A stretch of 62,492 nucleotides of DNA, the filler included, from Rhabdomonas costata (lineage: Eukaryota): the NCBI GenBank assembly GCA_019059605.1. It is 29 parts of 29 records of this genome, joined end to end, with 100 filler letters (N's around TTAATTAATTAA, not from the genome) between each part and the next. Parts side by side here need not be neighbours in the genome. Positions count along the whole stretch, not along the records: positions 1 to 2,069 come from JAHMHO010005918.1; positions 2,170 to 4,238 come from JAHMHO010005919.1; positions 4,339 to 6,407 come from JAHMHO010005920.1; positions 6,508 to 8,570 come from JAHMHO010005921.1; positions 8,671 to 10,735 come from JAHMHO010005922.1; positions 10,836 to 12,900 come from JAHMHO010005923.1; 23 more parts are not named here. One strand, given 5' to 3'. Under the pieces are notes generated by a model that was not told the DNA's origin, did not search any database, and saw nothing but the letters and a program-made list of their open reading frames with translations. Each line of letters begins with the position of its first letter. The stretch's first letter is position 1. The translations under genes were made by a program, and so were the position numbers. Shown here piece after piece: positions 1 to 12,581 of the stretch.

Positions 1-970
1 GGGTTTTGGTGGCGATTTCTAGGGGGTTGGGGAGGTGATGTGCCCTCCCCTGACCAGAGGTTAGATCCTTTTTAGCGCTGAGCGATGGAAGGAAGCCGAA
101 GACGGAAAGGTATGAATAATCAGAAAGGCGCGAAAGCGAGCACGGGCCTGGGTAGGTGACTGGCTGGGCGAGCTTGGCCAGGGCAAGCAGCAGCAGCACG
201 AGGGCCAGGCTCCGATACGCTCCCAGGGACCCACGAGACATCAGTTCGCTTCCCATGAACGGCGTGGGTTGAATCAGAGCCCTTTCTCAAGCCCCCGAAC
301 CGAGGCAAACACCAAAAACAAGGCGAATGAAATACGCCGCGCCGTGTCCAAAATGCGGCAAACAGTTTGAGCTCTGGATAAGGGAGGGAGTTGGGGTAGG
401 CACGACGTTCGGGGAAAGACAAAAATTGCCACATGATGAGATAACATGACTCCCACCAATCAATGCCTGTCGTTTTTGGAAGCAGGCCAGGGTTCTCGTG
501 TTCTAAAAAGCCACGAGCTATGTGCATTGAAACATATGCAAAGCAGGCAAACACAGCTGGTCAACCGCAGACACTTCCACCGCACCAGGGCACCTAAAAC
601 GGCACTTAGATCCAAGCTCCAACTTCCCTCAGTTACGTCACAAAATACAGTAGTCGTATCAGCGGCAGAAAAACTGAACGCTGCTTAAAAATTCTGAGTC
701 CTGTAACTATTACCGACAGTGTGAAGGTAGGAAACGGGCCGAGCGGTTACGAAGAAAGAAAAGCGATGAAGGATGACGGCCTCTCGGTGGAAATAAAAAA
801 ATGTCGGGCCAAGTTGACCAACCATCGCGTGGCTGCAGAAAGTACCAGCAATACACCAAACGACATTCAGATGCGTTATGCCATCAGATCCGGAGTCACA
901 CAAAAGGCCAAAAGGCCCACCGACCGAGAGCAATGGGGTTTGCCCCATTGGGTGTTTCTTCCGAGCAAGG

Positions 971-1553
971 TCAAAAACTGTACAGATCATTCCCAGCGCC
1001 TGCGGAGGCCTGCGCACGGCGGCTCTCCTCGATGTACCACGCCACGATTCGGTCCTGCAGAGCTCGATCTAGGGAGAGCTGCTCCTTGCTCAGCGGCTTC
1101 CCTAAGCCATTAGGGGAATACCTATTCCATTCTTGGTCACCTGTGCACTGTGTGCACTATGCTAAGGCATCTATCCCCCCCTACCAGTCAACGAGCCCTT
1201 TTCCATTTCATCAAATGAGATCATGACCCAGATCGGGTTCAAAAGGTAAAACACGGCTAGCTTCATCTTCTTAAGGTGGACCATTGTCGTGTCAATGACG
1301 GGTGAGAGCCCTTTTAGTTGCTTTGTACTGAAACGACTGTGTACTGAAACAGTTTCTTCCCGTCGGCTCGACGGGCGGCATAAAGAGAGAAAGGGAAACC
1401 TGTGAGAGGGCAGATCGAGCCACTCTTGAAGATCCAGTACTCGATCGTCTCCCTCTCAAACACGTGCCCATGGGGCGAGCGCATCGGATTCTTCATAACA
1501 TGCCCGTTGATCGCGCACAGAAACTCCGGGGGCATCCCAGCAGGGGCTTTGGT
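971..1553 (-). CDS. U-box domain protein, last two exons (5' partial)
   Basis: Exons 1553-1400 and 1101-971 join across a GT-AG intron to give TKAPAGMPPEFLCAINGHVMKNPMRSPHGHVFERETIEYWIFKSGSICPLTG|KPLSKEQLSLDRALQDRIVAWYIEE...NDLYSF*. This fits the U-box pattern P.EF.C.I...M..P....GH.FER..I..W......CP.T. Confidence 0.88.
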
Positions 1554-2069
1554 CTGCAACAGCATTGCCATGGTCGATGTGTGGGAAGGGGGGGTGGACG
1601 GCATCGATCGCGAAGCATCAATGCTACATTTCCTTCAGAGTTGTTACATACGCTGTCACCCGACTGGGATGGGAGGGGCGCCGTGTAGATACTGGGACTA
1701 CAAAATTGAGCAGCATGCCGCAGCCCTGTGACAGTATACATTCTTTTTGCCCCTTGAAAACACCACGGACACTTTTATTTGGATAATCAAAACCCATAAG
1801 CAAAAACGTTGTGACTCCAACCAAAACCGAAAGTTGAAATTTTGTTATCCCCCAAACCTCTTTATAAAGGTGAAGTTCGTTTCCAGATTTCGAACAGCTT
1901 TCACACATAAATAAGCGTGTAAACATTGACAGAAGAGGGACAGAACATTACCGACTTTGGGCCTGCGCATGGCAATGACAGCACTAGGGGTACCGCTACA
2001 CAGAGAAACAGTTCGCAGGGGAGGGATGATCGACGAGAGGGGCCAGATGGAGAGTTGGGCTCATGCAAA

Positions 2070-2169
2070 NNNNNNNNNNNNNNNNNNNNNNNNNNNNNNN
2101 NNNNNNNNNNNNNTTAATTAATTAANNNNNNNNNNNNNNNNNNNNNNNNNNNNNNNNNNNNNNNNNNNN
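2070..2169. other. Artificial contig-joining linker (first of 28)
   Basis: 44 N + TTAATTAATTAA (stop codons in all six frames) + 44 N. It recurs at about 4239, 6408, 8571, 10736, 12901, 15070, 17238, 19406, 21577, 23742, 25911, 28079, 30245, 32410, 34574, 36741, 38912, 41081, 43249, 45416, 47583, 49495, 51662, 53829, 55995, 58161 and 60327. Confidence 0.99.
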
Positions 2170-3071
2170 GTTGGTTTGGACTGAGCACTTGCTTGGGCGG
2201 AAAAAAGTTCCACAGGTTGGTGGTGCACTGCCACTGCAAACAACATTGGACGAAACAATTTGTAATGTTCCTCGTTGACCTGGGGGTGGCTGTCAGATGG
2301 TACGAAGTTCTTGACAGTCACTCCGCCCGCCTGCATTGTGCCACGCGCACCGCAAACCGCAACACCATATTGGTGAGCTACCAAGACGCTTCATCTACTT
2401 CTACAACAGTACTGCACTACAACTGGTGAGCTTTTTGACCCAAGCAGCAAAACCTTCATCACCCCCACCAAATCACGAGAAATCAACACAGCACGTTTCA
2501 CCGTGAACTCAGAACACGTGCTTTTTAACCTCAGTAGCACAAAAACGTTTAAGACACATCGTCTGCATACATACGAGCCTAGCGGCATTTTATAGCGTTC
2601 GCAGGACAATTGGAAAGTCGTAACATTCTGAATTCTGAGGTTCGGGATGTAACTTACCTTACAAAAATAAACGAACTTCTAAGCTTATGTAAGCGCGGCT
2701 GCTCTTCAGTTCAGAATACGCTGAAGCGCACCCCATATCAACACCTGACAGTGTGCGCACACAGAGGGTGAGGTGAACACCTAAACGGCGATGGTCTTCC
2801 ATTGGCGTTATTGTTTTCAATTTGTTTTTACGCAGGGAGTTCTGTTTTTTCATCCCAAACAGCTTGCTAACGTTGATATGCTAACATTACCCCGGTATCG
2901 TACGCTACTCCTGGGACTCACTTACGCCCGCCGCGAAAGGGGGAGAGGGATCTTCACCAATGCCGCCTAAACGTTTTGGGACGGTTAGCGGGTGTTCCGA
3001 GAAATCCGCAAAAAAAAAAAATCAAGATGACCGAAACGACAAGAGTGAAGGGGCAAGTCTGCGGTGCCGCA

Positions 3072-3966
3072 CACACCGTTCCCGCAGCTGGGGTACGTCA
3101 TAAGTGTCGGAGGTGCAGAACAGCGCTGCAGCATTGTCCACGCTGACGGACGCCAGCAGTTTCTCCGCGCATGCAGCTTTTAGCTGAGGCACGTTGTACT
3201 TGTGCGTGACCTCCAGAAGCTGCACACACACCTGCACCGGCGAGATAATGAGATATAAGTGACAGAAAAACTGCAGTTGACCAGCTCTAAAAAGAAAGAT
3301 CCATAGATGGGAGGGACACAAAGAGGGCTTTAGGTTGCAGCCCAAAGGGAGGCAGGGAGAGTGCAGCTGCGGGAAATTTAGGGGATTCCCAGGTATCGCA
3401 ATTCTCAGCAGCCCAAGGTGAACTAGGGGCAGAAGCGAAACATGCCATCGAGGTTTTACATTGCAGAAGCCATTCTCATGGGCCCTGTCCGGAGTAGTTC
3501 AGAAACCCCTCAATGTGAGTACCGATTCGCATGAACACACTGATTTGTGCGAAAGGACGCATATACACACGTACAGGCGCGCGGCAGGGGACCTCAGGCG
3601 GAAAGTCCGTCTTGTCGCCATAGATGTACTCCAGAAAGGCGTAGAATGCTTCGTAGTGAAAATCCTGCACCACGATCTGGCAGTTCTGTTGAGACTCCTG
3701 AAGTTTTCGGATTCACAAGCGTGAGGAATCGTTGGCACTTCACTGATGCCGTTTTTTAAAAGAATATACGTAGGCGTGTTTACATTGTACGCCAGCACAC
3801 GCTGTGCTGAAAGCTGGACTGCACTGGAAGTTGCACGGAAACGCGAACGAGACCAGTGGGGTGCAAGAACACCTGCATCCCACTGCGGAACATCGAGTCA
3901 AAGTAGGTGCAGCGGGAGGCCAACAGCATCTTGTGCGCAAAGATCGGCTTTTCGTCAACCACAAAT
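3072..3966 (-). CDS. BTB/POZ + BACK-like domain protein, internal exons
   Basis: Exons 3966-3873, 3697-3593 and 3231-~3072 join in frame with GT-AG boundaries: FVVDEKPIFAHKMLLASRCTYFDSMFRSGMQ|ESQQNCQIVVQDFHYEAFYAFLEYIYGD...PE|VCVQLLEVTHKYNVPQLKAACAEKL. AHK.LLA.R..YF..MF and FLEYIY are classic BTB motifs. The 3' end of the last exon is approximate. Confidence 0.9.
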
Positions 3967-4751
3967 CTGCGCCCCACCAACAGAAGGGTCTCCGGTGATT
4001 AGAGTCACTTACAGCCGCTGAGAAGCGGAGATGGAAGCTGCAGCAAATACACCTAGTGCGCTCCCCTTCCCAGAGATAGCCCTTGTTTAAGTGCCTTTTT
4101 TACACCCCAAAATTCCTCAAAGCATTTGCTGATGCACCAACACAGATCCACCTAGCTTCCAAGTCTAATATGCTCGAGGCCACTTTGCTGACGATATGAT
4201 GGTTAAAACATCGCAGTGTGGTTCTGAAACACCACCACNNNNNNNNNNNNNNNNNNNNNNNNNNNNNNNNNNNNNNNNNNNNTTAATTAATTAANNNNNN
4301 NNNNNNNNNNNNNNNNNNNNNNNNNNNNNNNNNNNNNNTGTTGGTGTTGAGCTGTTAACTTTCCATTTGACACACGGAAACACAATATCGAAGGGCCAGA
4401 TCCTGATTTAGACAAAGGGAGAAGTCAATCAGGATCTGGCCCTTCGATATTGTGTTTCCGTGTGTCAAATGGAAAGTTAACAGCTCATCCCCAAGACATA
4501 ACGGCGAACATATTTTCGCTCTGGCGAAGTGAGTGAAAAGCACAACAAAGCCGTCTTCGGGGAAGAAAAAACCGTTACCGAACCGAACTGCACGTGCAGA
4601 CAGATATAAATCGTTTGTGCCTTTTTGCTCCTGTCCACAACCAGCCAGTCGCGTCTGACGGAGACGCACGAAACAAGGACCTGGAGGTGGTGGGGACAAC
4701 GAAGACACTGAGGTTGAAATACAACGGTGACAGTGTTGCCTATCGTCACAC

Positions 4752-6379
4752 CTGGCAACGTGCTCTTCAAAGCGACGTGATTCCACTATCTTATCGAGGA
4801 GCTCGCCCCCCGTCACCTGAGCATCCCCACCCATTCCACAAGAAGTTGGTCTCAGCAGCACTCGAGCAGAATCATATGCAAGAAGAAACACGCGGGTGTG
4901 GACGCAATGGGAGACAGCAATCGCAATGACGCACGCATGGCCGAGCAAAACGTTCCGAGAATTGGGCAAAATGCGGTTTGCACAGGTCGCAGAAATCAAA
5001 ATGACCATGTGAGTAAGATAGTGACGTAGTAATCAGGGCATCGCCCTTTTAATGTTGGCCTGAAAATATCTGCTTCGTAACCACGCCACATGATGCGCAC
5101 ATCCACACCAGCTCAAGAACGAGGTAATACGTCTTCGGTGTCGTGAAGACGTCCAGAAGTTGCACCTGGGAAGCCGAAATTCCCTTGCCCAAACTCAGGA
5201 AAAAAAAGATGGTTCTATATACATCGCCCCTTTTGAGTTGCTCTTCACAGGATCTTCAAGAACGAATCCAGATATGAGCACCATAACCTCTCACAAACAT
5301 CTCGTCATCACCCCGTTGCTGGACATTGACATGGCGAAGCTAAACAGGGGCGATGAGGGCGTGGGGCCGCAGCCCGAAGCCGCAGAAGCGTTTCCACCCT
5401 AAAAAATTCTGTACTCATCCTCACTCCATAAACCGAGCTACACTTTGTCAGTAATCCACGAGCGACACGAGCGACCGCGGCAAAGTCCGCACATATACAC
5501 ACAAATAAACGCTCAAGTTCGGGAAACGCCGTCGAGCCCATTCGGACTCCGTTCCAAAAGCAACAAAGCAAAAGGCAAGGCACACATCTCAATTGGGTCA
5601 CCTATTGTCAGTACACCAAACAACTATACACTCAGCACAGTGCGAAAGCCCGCAGAAGAAGGGGCAGCAGGGGTAGAACACCACATAGGGGTGCCGCAGC
5701 TTCCGAAGCACAGCAATCTCCCGGCGGAGCTGTTCCTCCCACACAGCATCAGATTGCTTGTCCCGCTCTGTTTAATGGCAAGCCCCCCCCCCGATATAGA
5801 GCATTATGAGCTTGAGATCAATATTCTGTCAGTTGACGTGCAAACGATGTGTTCGCCACCACAGCGTCGAACACAAACGCAACGAATTCAAACAAAGGTC
5901 CACTGCTGCACATGTTTAATTACAAGTTGAGTGTCTATGTGCGTTTCAGCAGGCTGGACAGAAATGCGGGAAGACAATGCATGTCATGAAACCACATAAA
6001 ACCGCAGAGTATAGGAATGTATAAAACCCCCACCCCTCGATGGGAAGCAAAGCAAAAGGCAAAAGTCAGCAAACTGATGAATTGGGCTAAGAAAGACCCG
6101 TTCAAGGCATCATACTCGTGGTATGTGATCCGCATCATCCCAACATGGGTATGTGTGTTTCCACACCCAGGAACACCCACACACTTAGCAAGCGCTTCTT
6201 AAAAGCAAGAAGCTGGAGATGTCTCCTTCGCGAAATACAGAAACGGCAACCCTACCCGTAATTTTCACCGCAACTTGCTCGCCTGTTTCCAGGTTCGTGG
6301 CGATCTTGACCTTGCTGAAGCGGCCGCGGCCCAAGGTCTTGCCCAGCTCATATTTGCCTGCTATTACGTCCAGCCCCAT
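4752..6379 (-). CDS. CAMK-like (SNF1/CIPK-type) Ser/Thr protein kinase, first four exons (3' partial)
   Basis: Exons 6379-6256, 5767-5682, 5165-5109 and 4816-4752, all GT-AG and in frame: MGLDVIAGKYELGKTLGRGRFSKVKIA..VAVKIT|ERDKQSDAVWEEQLRREIAVLRKLRHPYV|VQLLDVFTTPKTYYLVLEL|VTGGELLDKIVESRRFEEHVAR. Covers kinase subdomains I-V. Confidence 0.92.
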
Positions 6380-6706
6380 TCACCACACCCGCAAAGTCCG
6401 AAAAAAANNNNNNNNNNNNNNNNNNNNNNNNNNNNNNNNNNNNNNNNNNNNTTAATTAATTAANNNNNNNNNNNNNNNNNNNNNNNNNNNNNNNNNNNNN
6501 NNNNNNNTTTTGGGTGGGACACCAACCAGGGGAGAGTTACGTGAGGCAGCGAGGCGTCAACAGAGAAGGGGTGAGACCCTTGGGTCCATACTCCATTTGA
6601 GGATGGGGAGCCCAAAGTGGGAAGAGAAAACGCGAAAAAGGTCACCCTGGCTAAGTGTTTATGTGTGTACGTGTGCGTGCGTGCGTGCGTGAGTCTGTAT
6701 TTGCAG

Positions 6707-8294
6707 AAGCCGTGGACAAGCTGAAGGAGATGCTCAAGCTTCAAGAGGAGGAGGCACAGCAGATGCGCGAGGCCTTGGTCTGTGTGTGTGACTGCGTCTG
6801 GATGAGAGGGCTCGCATAGCTTCATTCGTGGCAAGTCAGCCCGGCCAAGCGAGGCCAAAAGGGGCGCAGGAACGCTGTTGCAAGGGACCGTGTGCTAAAT
6901 CCCAGCACCCTACTTCACTTCGGGTTGCAAACTAGCTCTTCGAAGTGAGAGATGAACAGTTCTTGGTGTCCGCTGGCACCCCCCACCCTTTTTTTTGCCC
7001 GTGTCGACTTCTTTTCCCAGGACTTCCGAATGCGTGAGCTGCAGGAGACCCCCAGCGAGAGGGAGGCCCGCTCCAAGGAGATTGCCGACGCTCACCGGAA
7101 GGCTTTGGGAGGGTGTGCCTTTGCTTGCCACCTAGCAGAAGATGTCGGTTCTTGGCCCAAAACGCATGCGTCTGCGAGAATCGGAATTTCCTTCGGGGTG
7201 GTCAGTTTCCGTCTGCCCCCACGATTTGTTGTTTCTGGGGTTGCTTTCCTCCGTAGTTTTTGCTCTTTTTGTTTTTCTGGGTGGGGTTTTAATTGGGGGC
7301 TTGGGTGGATTCAGCCCAGCTCTGCACCAACACCAAAACACCACCCAACTCAACTTAACCTAACCTTACCAATCGATAATGATGATAACGATGGGTTGGG
7401 GCACATTCTTGTGGTGGTGTGGAACCACTTCTGAGATGAGCTTTGGTGGACACTTTTGGCCTCCGATTCCATTGTTACGCCCATGTTGCATATTTCGGAC
7501 CCAGGAAGCAGGCGTTATGTGCCTGCACCCTGGTTTTCTGGTCAAAAATGCGACAATCAAAAGAAGCAGCGGGCAGCCAGGCCCAGAAGGGATTGAGAGT
7601 CCTCCCCAAGCGGCGCCGGCCATTGGGACGGTACAGGACGGTGCGTGTGGGGGATGGATAGGGCAAGCATCAAGAACCCGGACGAGATCACTCTGCCCCA
7701 CCTTCGCAACCTCAACGCCGACCTTCGGCTGGCAGACACCCTGATCTACGAGATCGAGCGTGGGGATACGGTAATTGGGAGGATGGACCCCGAGAACCCC
7801 CCCAAGTTCGAGTTCAACGGGATGGGGATGCAGCCCAACCACTGCAAGGTGCGTTTGCCATTGGGAGAGCTTCTTGGGTCATCTGCCGCTGCTGTTCCGG
7901 CATTAACTTCTGCGCAGCCCAGTGGAGCCCCACCGAAGTTATTGTGGCGGTGAGCCGAAACCCCGTGGCACCACTGTGGCTATGGCGAGCACCCTGGCAA
8001 TCAACTTTTGCCCTGCGTTGTCCACCCGACTCCTTATACGCATGACACGAATACAGAAGACAAGGGATCCCAAGAAGAGCTTTGCGCTCACTACGTGCCT
8101 GCTCGCTCTTTCACTCGTGCTCACTCCCTGGGCTGCACAGATGATGTTTGACGGCAGGAGGGTCTACCTCAGGAAGGAAGCCGAGCACGCTCGGGTGCTG
8201 GTCAACGGACGCCCCGTAGAGGAGGACACCGAGCTTAAGCATCATTACCGCTTGTGGCTTGGCGGGAACTACGCCTTCCGCTTCGTCTTCCCCA
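6707..8294 (+). CDS. Kinesin-3 (Unc104/KIF1-like) coiled-coil + FHA region, internal exons
   Basis: Exons 6707-6777, 7021-7112, 7662-7848 and 8141-8294. PHLRNLNADLRLADTLIYEI resembles the kinesin-3 PHL.NLN.D..L...L.Y motif. It is followed by an FHA domain (TVIGR...H...VLVNG...ELKHHYRLWLGGNYAFRF). Confidence 0.85.
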
Positions 8295-8670
8295 GTGCGC
8301 ACTGCCCGCCCCCTCTCACCGCTCTCCGCGTCTCCCTTCTTCCAACTCTGCACACAGGGTGCCCGACAAACCATACGCATTTTCCTGGTCCAGGTTTCTA
8401 AGCTGCAACCATGTTCTGGTGGAAGAGCTCTCCACCGGTTGCACCAGCTCTTGGCAAACAAATAAAAGCAGACAAAAAATCAGCTGCTGTCACACATTTG
8501 CCAGCCAAGCAATCCTCAAAAGTCCCCTAAAAGGCCAAAAAAAAATGGCCGTTTAAGGGCACCCACACGCNNNNNNNNNNNNNNNNNNNNNNNNNNNNNN
8601 NNNNNNNNNNNNNNTTAATTAATTAANNNNNNNNNNNNNNNNNNNNNNNNNNNNNNNNNNNNNNNNNNNN

Positions 8671-8857
8671 GGGGTGGTGGTTCGGTGTCCTTAGGTGGAG
8701 GCAGACGCTTCCGCTTCTTTGCAGAAACCGATTTGACGGACGTTGCAGGATTCTCGGCTTCCGCAGCAGGGTTGGCCTTGGAACGCTTCCGCTTGACAGG
8801 GGATGCACCATTGTCCCGGAGGCCTTCACGGGGCCGCTTCGCTGCGGATCCTTTCAT
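8671..8857 (-). CDS. Hypothetical basic, possibly nuclear protein, first exon (runs off contig)
   Basis: An ATG preceded by a pyrimidine-rich tract opens MKGSAAKRPRE...PVKRKRSK...AKKRKRLPPP, with NLS-like clusters. No recognisable domain. Confidence 0.4.
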
Positions 8858-9758
8858 GGAACGCGGTTTCCCACAAAAACGAGAGAGTGAGAGTGATTCA
8901 CAAAAAAACCCACCACTTCAAAAAGGTAATCGGAGGAGACAATGCTTCCATGCATGGGCATCAACCAGGAGCACCTCTGTAATCCTGCAAGTATCACTTG
9001 GCGAAGCGCATTCAACTGCTGAGACAGTATCTACCTTAGCCAGGATGAGGCCATTTAACTAAAATCAAAGAAATTAAAGATGGCGATGAGTTATCTAAAA
9101 CGCACGCCCAGTTTTGTGCCATCGGGCTATTGGATCTTGCAGTCCGCGCCGAGAACTTCGCCGATCCCCTCAACAAAAAGGACAACAAGATGCAAAGCTT
9201 GCACGAACGTTCTGCGCATGACCAGTTAAAATCTGCAAGCACCCTAGCGGGCAGCATAAAGGAAAACTTCCCGGAAGTCTTCCAAGCATCACAGGAGATT
9301 GCTGATCGATTTACACACTCACTGGTTTTCATTTCAAGAATCCACTGACGTTTGCTCTCATCGAAACCTGAGCGCGTCCGAAGTCCTAGGGTGAGATCCA
9401 GAACCAAGAAACAGTGAAGACTCAGATTTAAACAGGCTCCCGGGAAGCAGTGAGAAGATGAGGGGGGTACGGTTAGGAGCACGCAAAAAAAAACATCGAC
9501 GCTGTAACCTGTGCGAGCTAATTACCACTCTACAAGCAAACGTTCGACGATGTCCACTGTCCACAGCCACTTTTGAGGCGTTCCTCGACTCCGTGGGGCT
9601 TGCGCTCGGCCGGTATCTGCGCAAAATGAGGACCCGAGGGAAAGATGTCGGCCACTGTTTACAGGCAGAATGTGGTTCCTGGGTTCGCTATTCACTCTGC
9701 TGAAACGGCACAGGAGCGGCTCTGTCTTTTTTTTGGGTCAGCAAGGAGCCAGGCCGGG

Positions 9759-10686
9759 CTATGCGGCATCCTCGGTGTCATTGGTCACGGTGCGGTGCAA
9801 GGCGCGGCTGTAGCGGCGGGGCTCGGGCTCCCATATCGGAAACGCCGATTCTCCGAACTCCTGCCGGAGACACAGCGCGACTGCAGCCCAACCCGTCGGC
9901 ACCCACGCCGAGGGGTCCTCCAGCAGCAGCGCTCGCACCTCCTGAGAAGGCACACCGACGAAGCCCAAAATGGACACGCAGCTTGGCAGAAGAATAGGAG
10001 ATCTATTGCAGGTGCTCGCTCATGAGGGACAGGAGAGAGAGCGAGGTGAGGATCCTTTGCGAGGCGTCGGCGAATGGCTTTAAAAAAGATAAACCCAACA
10101 CCATGCAGCTGGTAATCAGGGAAGGCAGAGCGGTAATGAGCGCCTGTTCAGCTCGACTCCAATGGATGCCACGCTTGTGCAAGGCAACAAAAAGGTAGGT
10201 AGCTAGGTAGGTGTGCCTGTGCTTGCGCGTGGAGTTGATCGTGCATTATACTCTCTGGAAAGAGATCCGGTCGAATTCGGAGTGATGATTGTGAAAATGT
10301 GAAGTGTGTTTGGAAATGAATTCGAAACTGCATAAACGCTGCCACCCAAACAAAAACAAATACAAGCGAGCAGACTGGAAGTGGTGAAAGGCATCCCCCC
10401 CCCTCGCACCCTCGCTCCCTACTTCAAAGCACCTCCACGGCCCACGGGACGATCCGGAAGCCACTGTGCTCCTTTGTGGACTCTGCGCCTTGCGCGCGAC
10501 GCAGCACCTCAGCTGCGGTGACCGCCGCCCTGGCCCGAAACACGAACTCGAAGTTCAGGCGGCCCCATGTCAAGTCGGATACAACCCCGACGCACGGCAG
10601 CGGGCCCTTGGCTCCGGACAGTAGGTCCCCTGGATGAAGCCCCAGCTCCTCCTCAAGCTCCGCGGCGACACACCCACTGGGGCTCT
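9759..10686 (-). CDS. Nudix-like hydrolase, last two exons
   Basis: Exons 10686-10433 and 9941-9759 (GT-AG, phase 0): SPSGCVAAELEEELGL...GVVSDLTWGRLNFEFVFRARAAVTAAEVLRRAQGAESTKEHSGFRIVPWAVE|EVRALLLEDPSAWVPTGWAAVALCL...*. ELEEELG resembles the second half of a Nudix box. Confidence 0.55.
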
Positions 10687-11765
10687 CTGCGAAAAGGCCA
10701 CCGAAATGAGCGCAGCGGGAACGAACAAAAAAAACNNNNNNNNNNNNNNNNNNNNNNNNNNNNNNNNNNNNNNNNNNNNTTAATTAATTAANNNNNNNNN
10801 NNNNNNNNNNNNNNNNNNNNNNNNNNNNNNNNNNNGGGCTTTGGGCGATGAAATCAAGGTGGGAGCCCTTTTTCTGAACAGGAGGGTGCACGTTGGTTTG
10901 GGGGGGCTGCAGAGTTGCACCTGGGACGCTGGATTTTGCTTTGAACTGGCATTCCGAAGGAAGAAAAAGAAAGAAGGAAAGGAAGAAAAAACAGAGCACC
11001 GGCGACTACGCCAAAAACGAGGTGAGAGACAGGGAAGACCAAAAAATGTGGACGAGAATGGGAGTGAATGGGACAATGAGGGGAAAATTATCTTTAGAGA
11101 ACAGAAAAAGAAAGGAACAGAGGAGAAGCCCTGTCTGGAAAAAGGAAAGCAACATACAACGTAAAAAAACGATGCATTGCTGTTGAAAAGGAAAACGGGG
11201 ACAGGTGGTAGGTGGTGCTACCCGACAATCGAAGTGTATGAAGTGAAATGTGACCACCGTAGGTTGTGGATTTTCTGTTGACGAGGGAGGGGAGGGTGGA
11301 ATTTTGGCTCGTAAAATTCCACCAATGCTGCAAATTCACAAAGAAAGAATAGCAGGCGTGCTGCCTTTTGTCTCTTTCTATCTTACACAGAGGCCAAATA
11401 CTGGTGAGGCAACCGCAGGTTCAGCCCCACGCCTCAGCGAAAAAGTCCAAGAATCCACACTTGTTTGCAGACGAGGCAGTGCAATTGGTGCAGCCGTACA
11501 GTATACTTCCGGCCCGAAGATACTTTTTGAGGGGGAAAAGTACGATATCCACGGCATGTTTTTACTTTTGTAAAACTACAATGGTCATCGGCCACACAAA
11601 AAAGATTTGCACAATAAACGTAATAGTAAAGATAAAGATAACCTGATCAAAATTAATCATTCCTGACTACCCTGGTACTCTGTTTCGGTGAACAGTCCAA
11701 TAGCGACCACGAAGTGAGCGCAGAGCCAAATTAGCCCCAACATGAAACTCTGGCCTGGAGTGCAT

Positions 11766-12117
11766 TGACCTGTCCAACCCTTTCAAGGCGGCCTTCACAG
11801 TTTGCAAAACTTATAATGAACAATTCAACCTGCAATTGCTTCCCGGGAAGTGCACCGTGTCGTTGCACTGGTGCTGACAGATTTTACCTGACGCTTTGGG
11901 TAGAATATGGGTGGTGTGGGACAGCATTAAGTCAGGCAGCAAGGCCAGTATGGTCCAGAGGGAACCGCTGGGGTGGAGTGACCTGTCCAACCCTTTCAAG
12001 GCGGCCTTCACAGTTTGCAACACTCAAAAAGAAAACCTCAATCCTCAATCCTCAAACCTCAATCCGGTGACCACAGACCTGCAGTTGCTTCCCGGGAAGT
12101 GCACCGTATCGTTGCAC
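11766..12117. repeat. Interleaved two-block direct duplication
   Basis: Block B (42 nt) is identical at 11766-11807 and 11979-12020. Block A (41 nt, 39/41 identical) lies at 11828-11868 and 12077-12117. The spacers between blocks are unrelated. Confidence 0.95.
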
Positions 12118-12581
12118 GTAGTGTAGTTCAGTGAGCAGAACATGCACTTGCCCAAGTAAGGGGAAAAGGCCATGCACCGCGCCGGCCCCGAGGGCCCGGG
12201 CCACATCAGAAACGTCCACAGGAACGTGTCCTGCACGCCCTCGATGTGCGGAATGGCAATCGGACGCCAAGCTGTCCACGCGTTCGCATAGTCATCCATC
12301 CGGAGCCCGGCTCGCTTGAAGTACATCGACTCCGCGATGTTCAGGAGGTGGCCGGTCTGCACCTTGGACACGATCAGGCTCATCACGCTGCTCGCCGCCT
12401 CCATCATATCCACGTCCGCAATGTCGCGGAGGCTCTGCTGGCTCTGAATGTACGTGAGGTAGAATCCCAGGAATCCGGCGATGGTCATCAGCGCGACGAA
12501 AGAGACCATGAGCAGCACCTTCACGGAGAGCAGATTAGCGACCAACCTGCGGCAGACCCCTGGTGTGCTTGCAGGATCCAT
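12079..12581 (-). CDS. Membrane-anchored receptor-like protein, first exon
   Basis: GC3-rich ORF MDPASTPGVCRRLVANLLSVKVLLMVSFVALMTIAGFLGFYLTYIQSQQSLRDIA... with an N-terminal TM followed by an amphipathic helix, as in Cache-type sensor proteins. It ends at CAG|GT. Confidence 0.6.

Noticed and set aside
5682..5767. Apparent non-canonical acceptor before EEQLRREI in the kinase
   Set aside because: An upstream CAG at 5768 gives an in-frame canonical exon (ERDKQSDAVWEEQ), so no non-conventional intron is needed.
5928..5938. TGAGTGTCTAT, matching the core of the Euglena spliced-leader sequence
   Set aside because: Only 11 nt match, the flanking SL bases and following T-run are absent, and it lies antisense in a kinase intron. 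This is compatible with chance.
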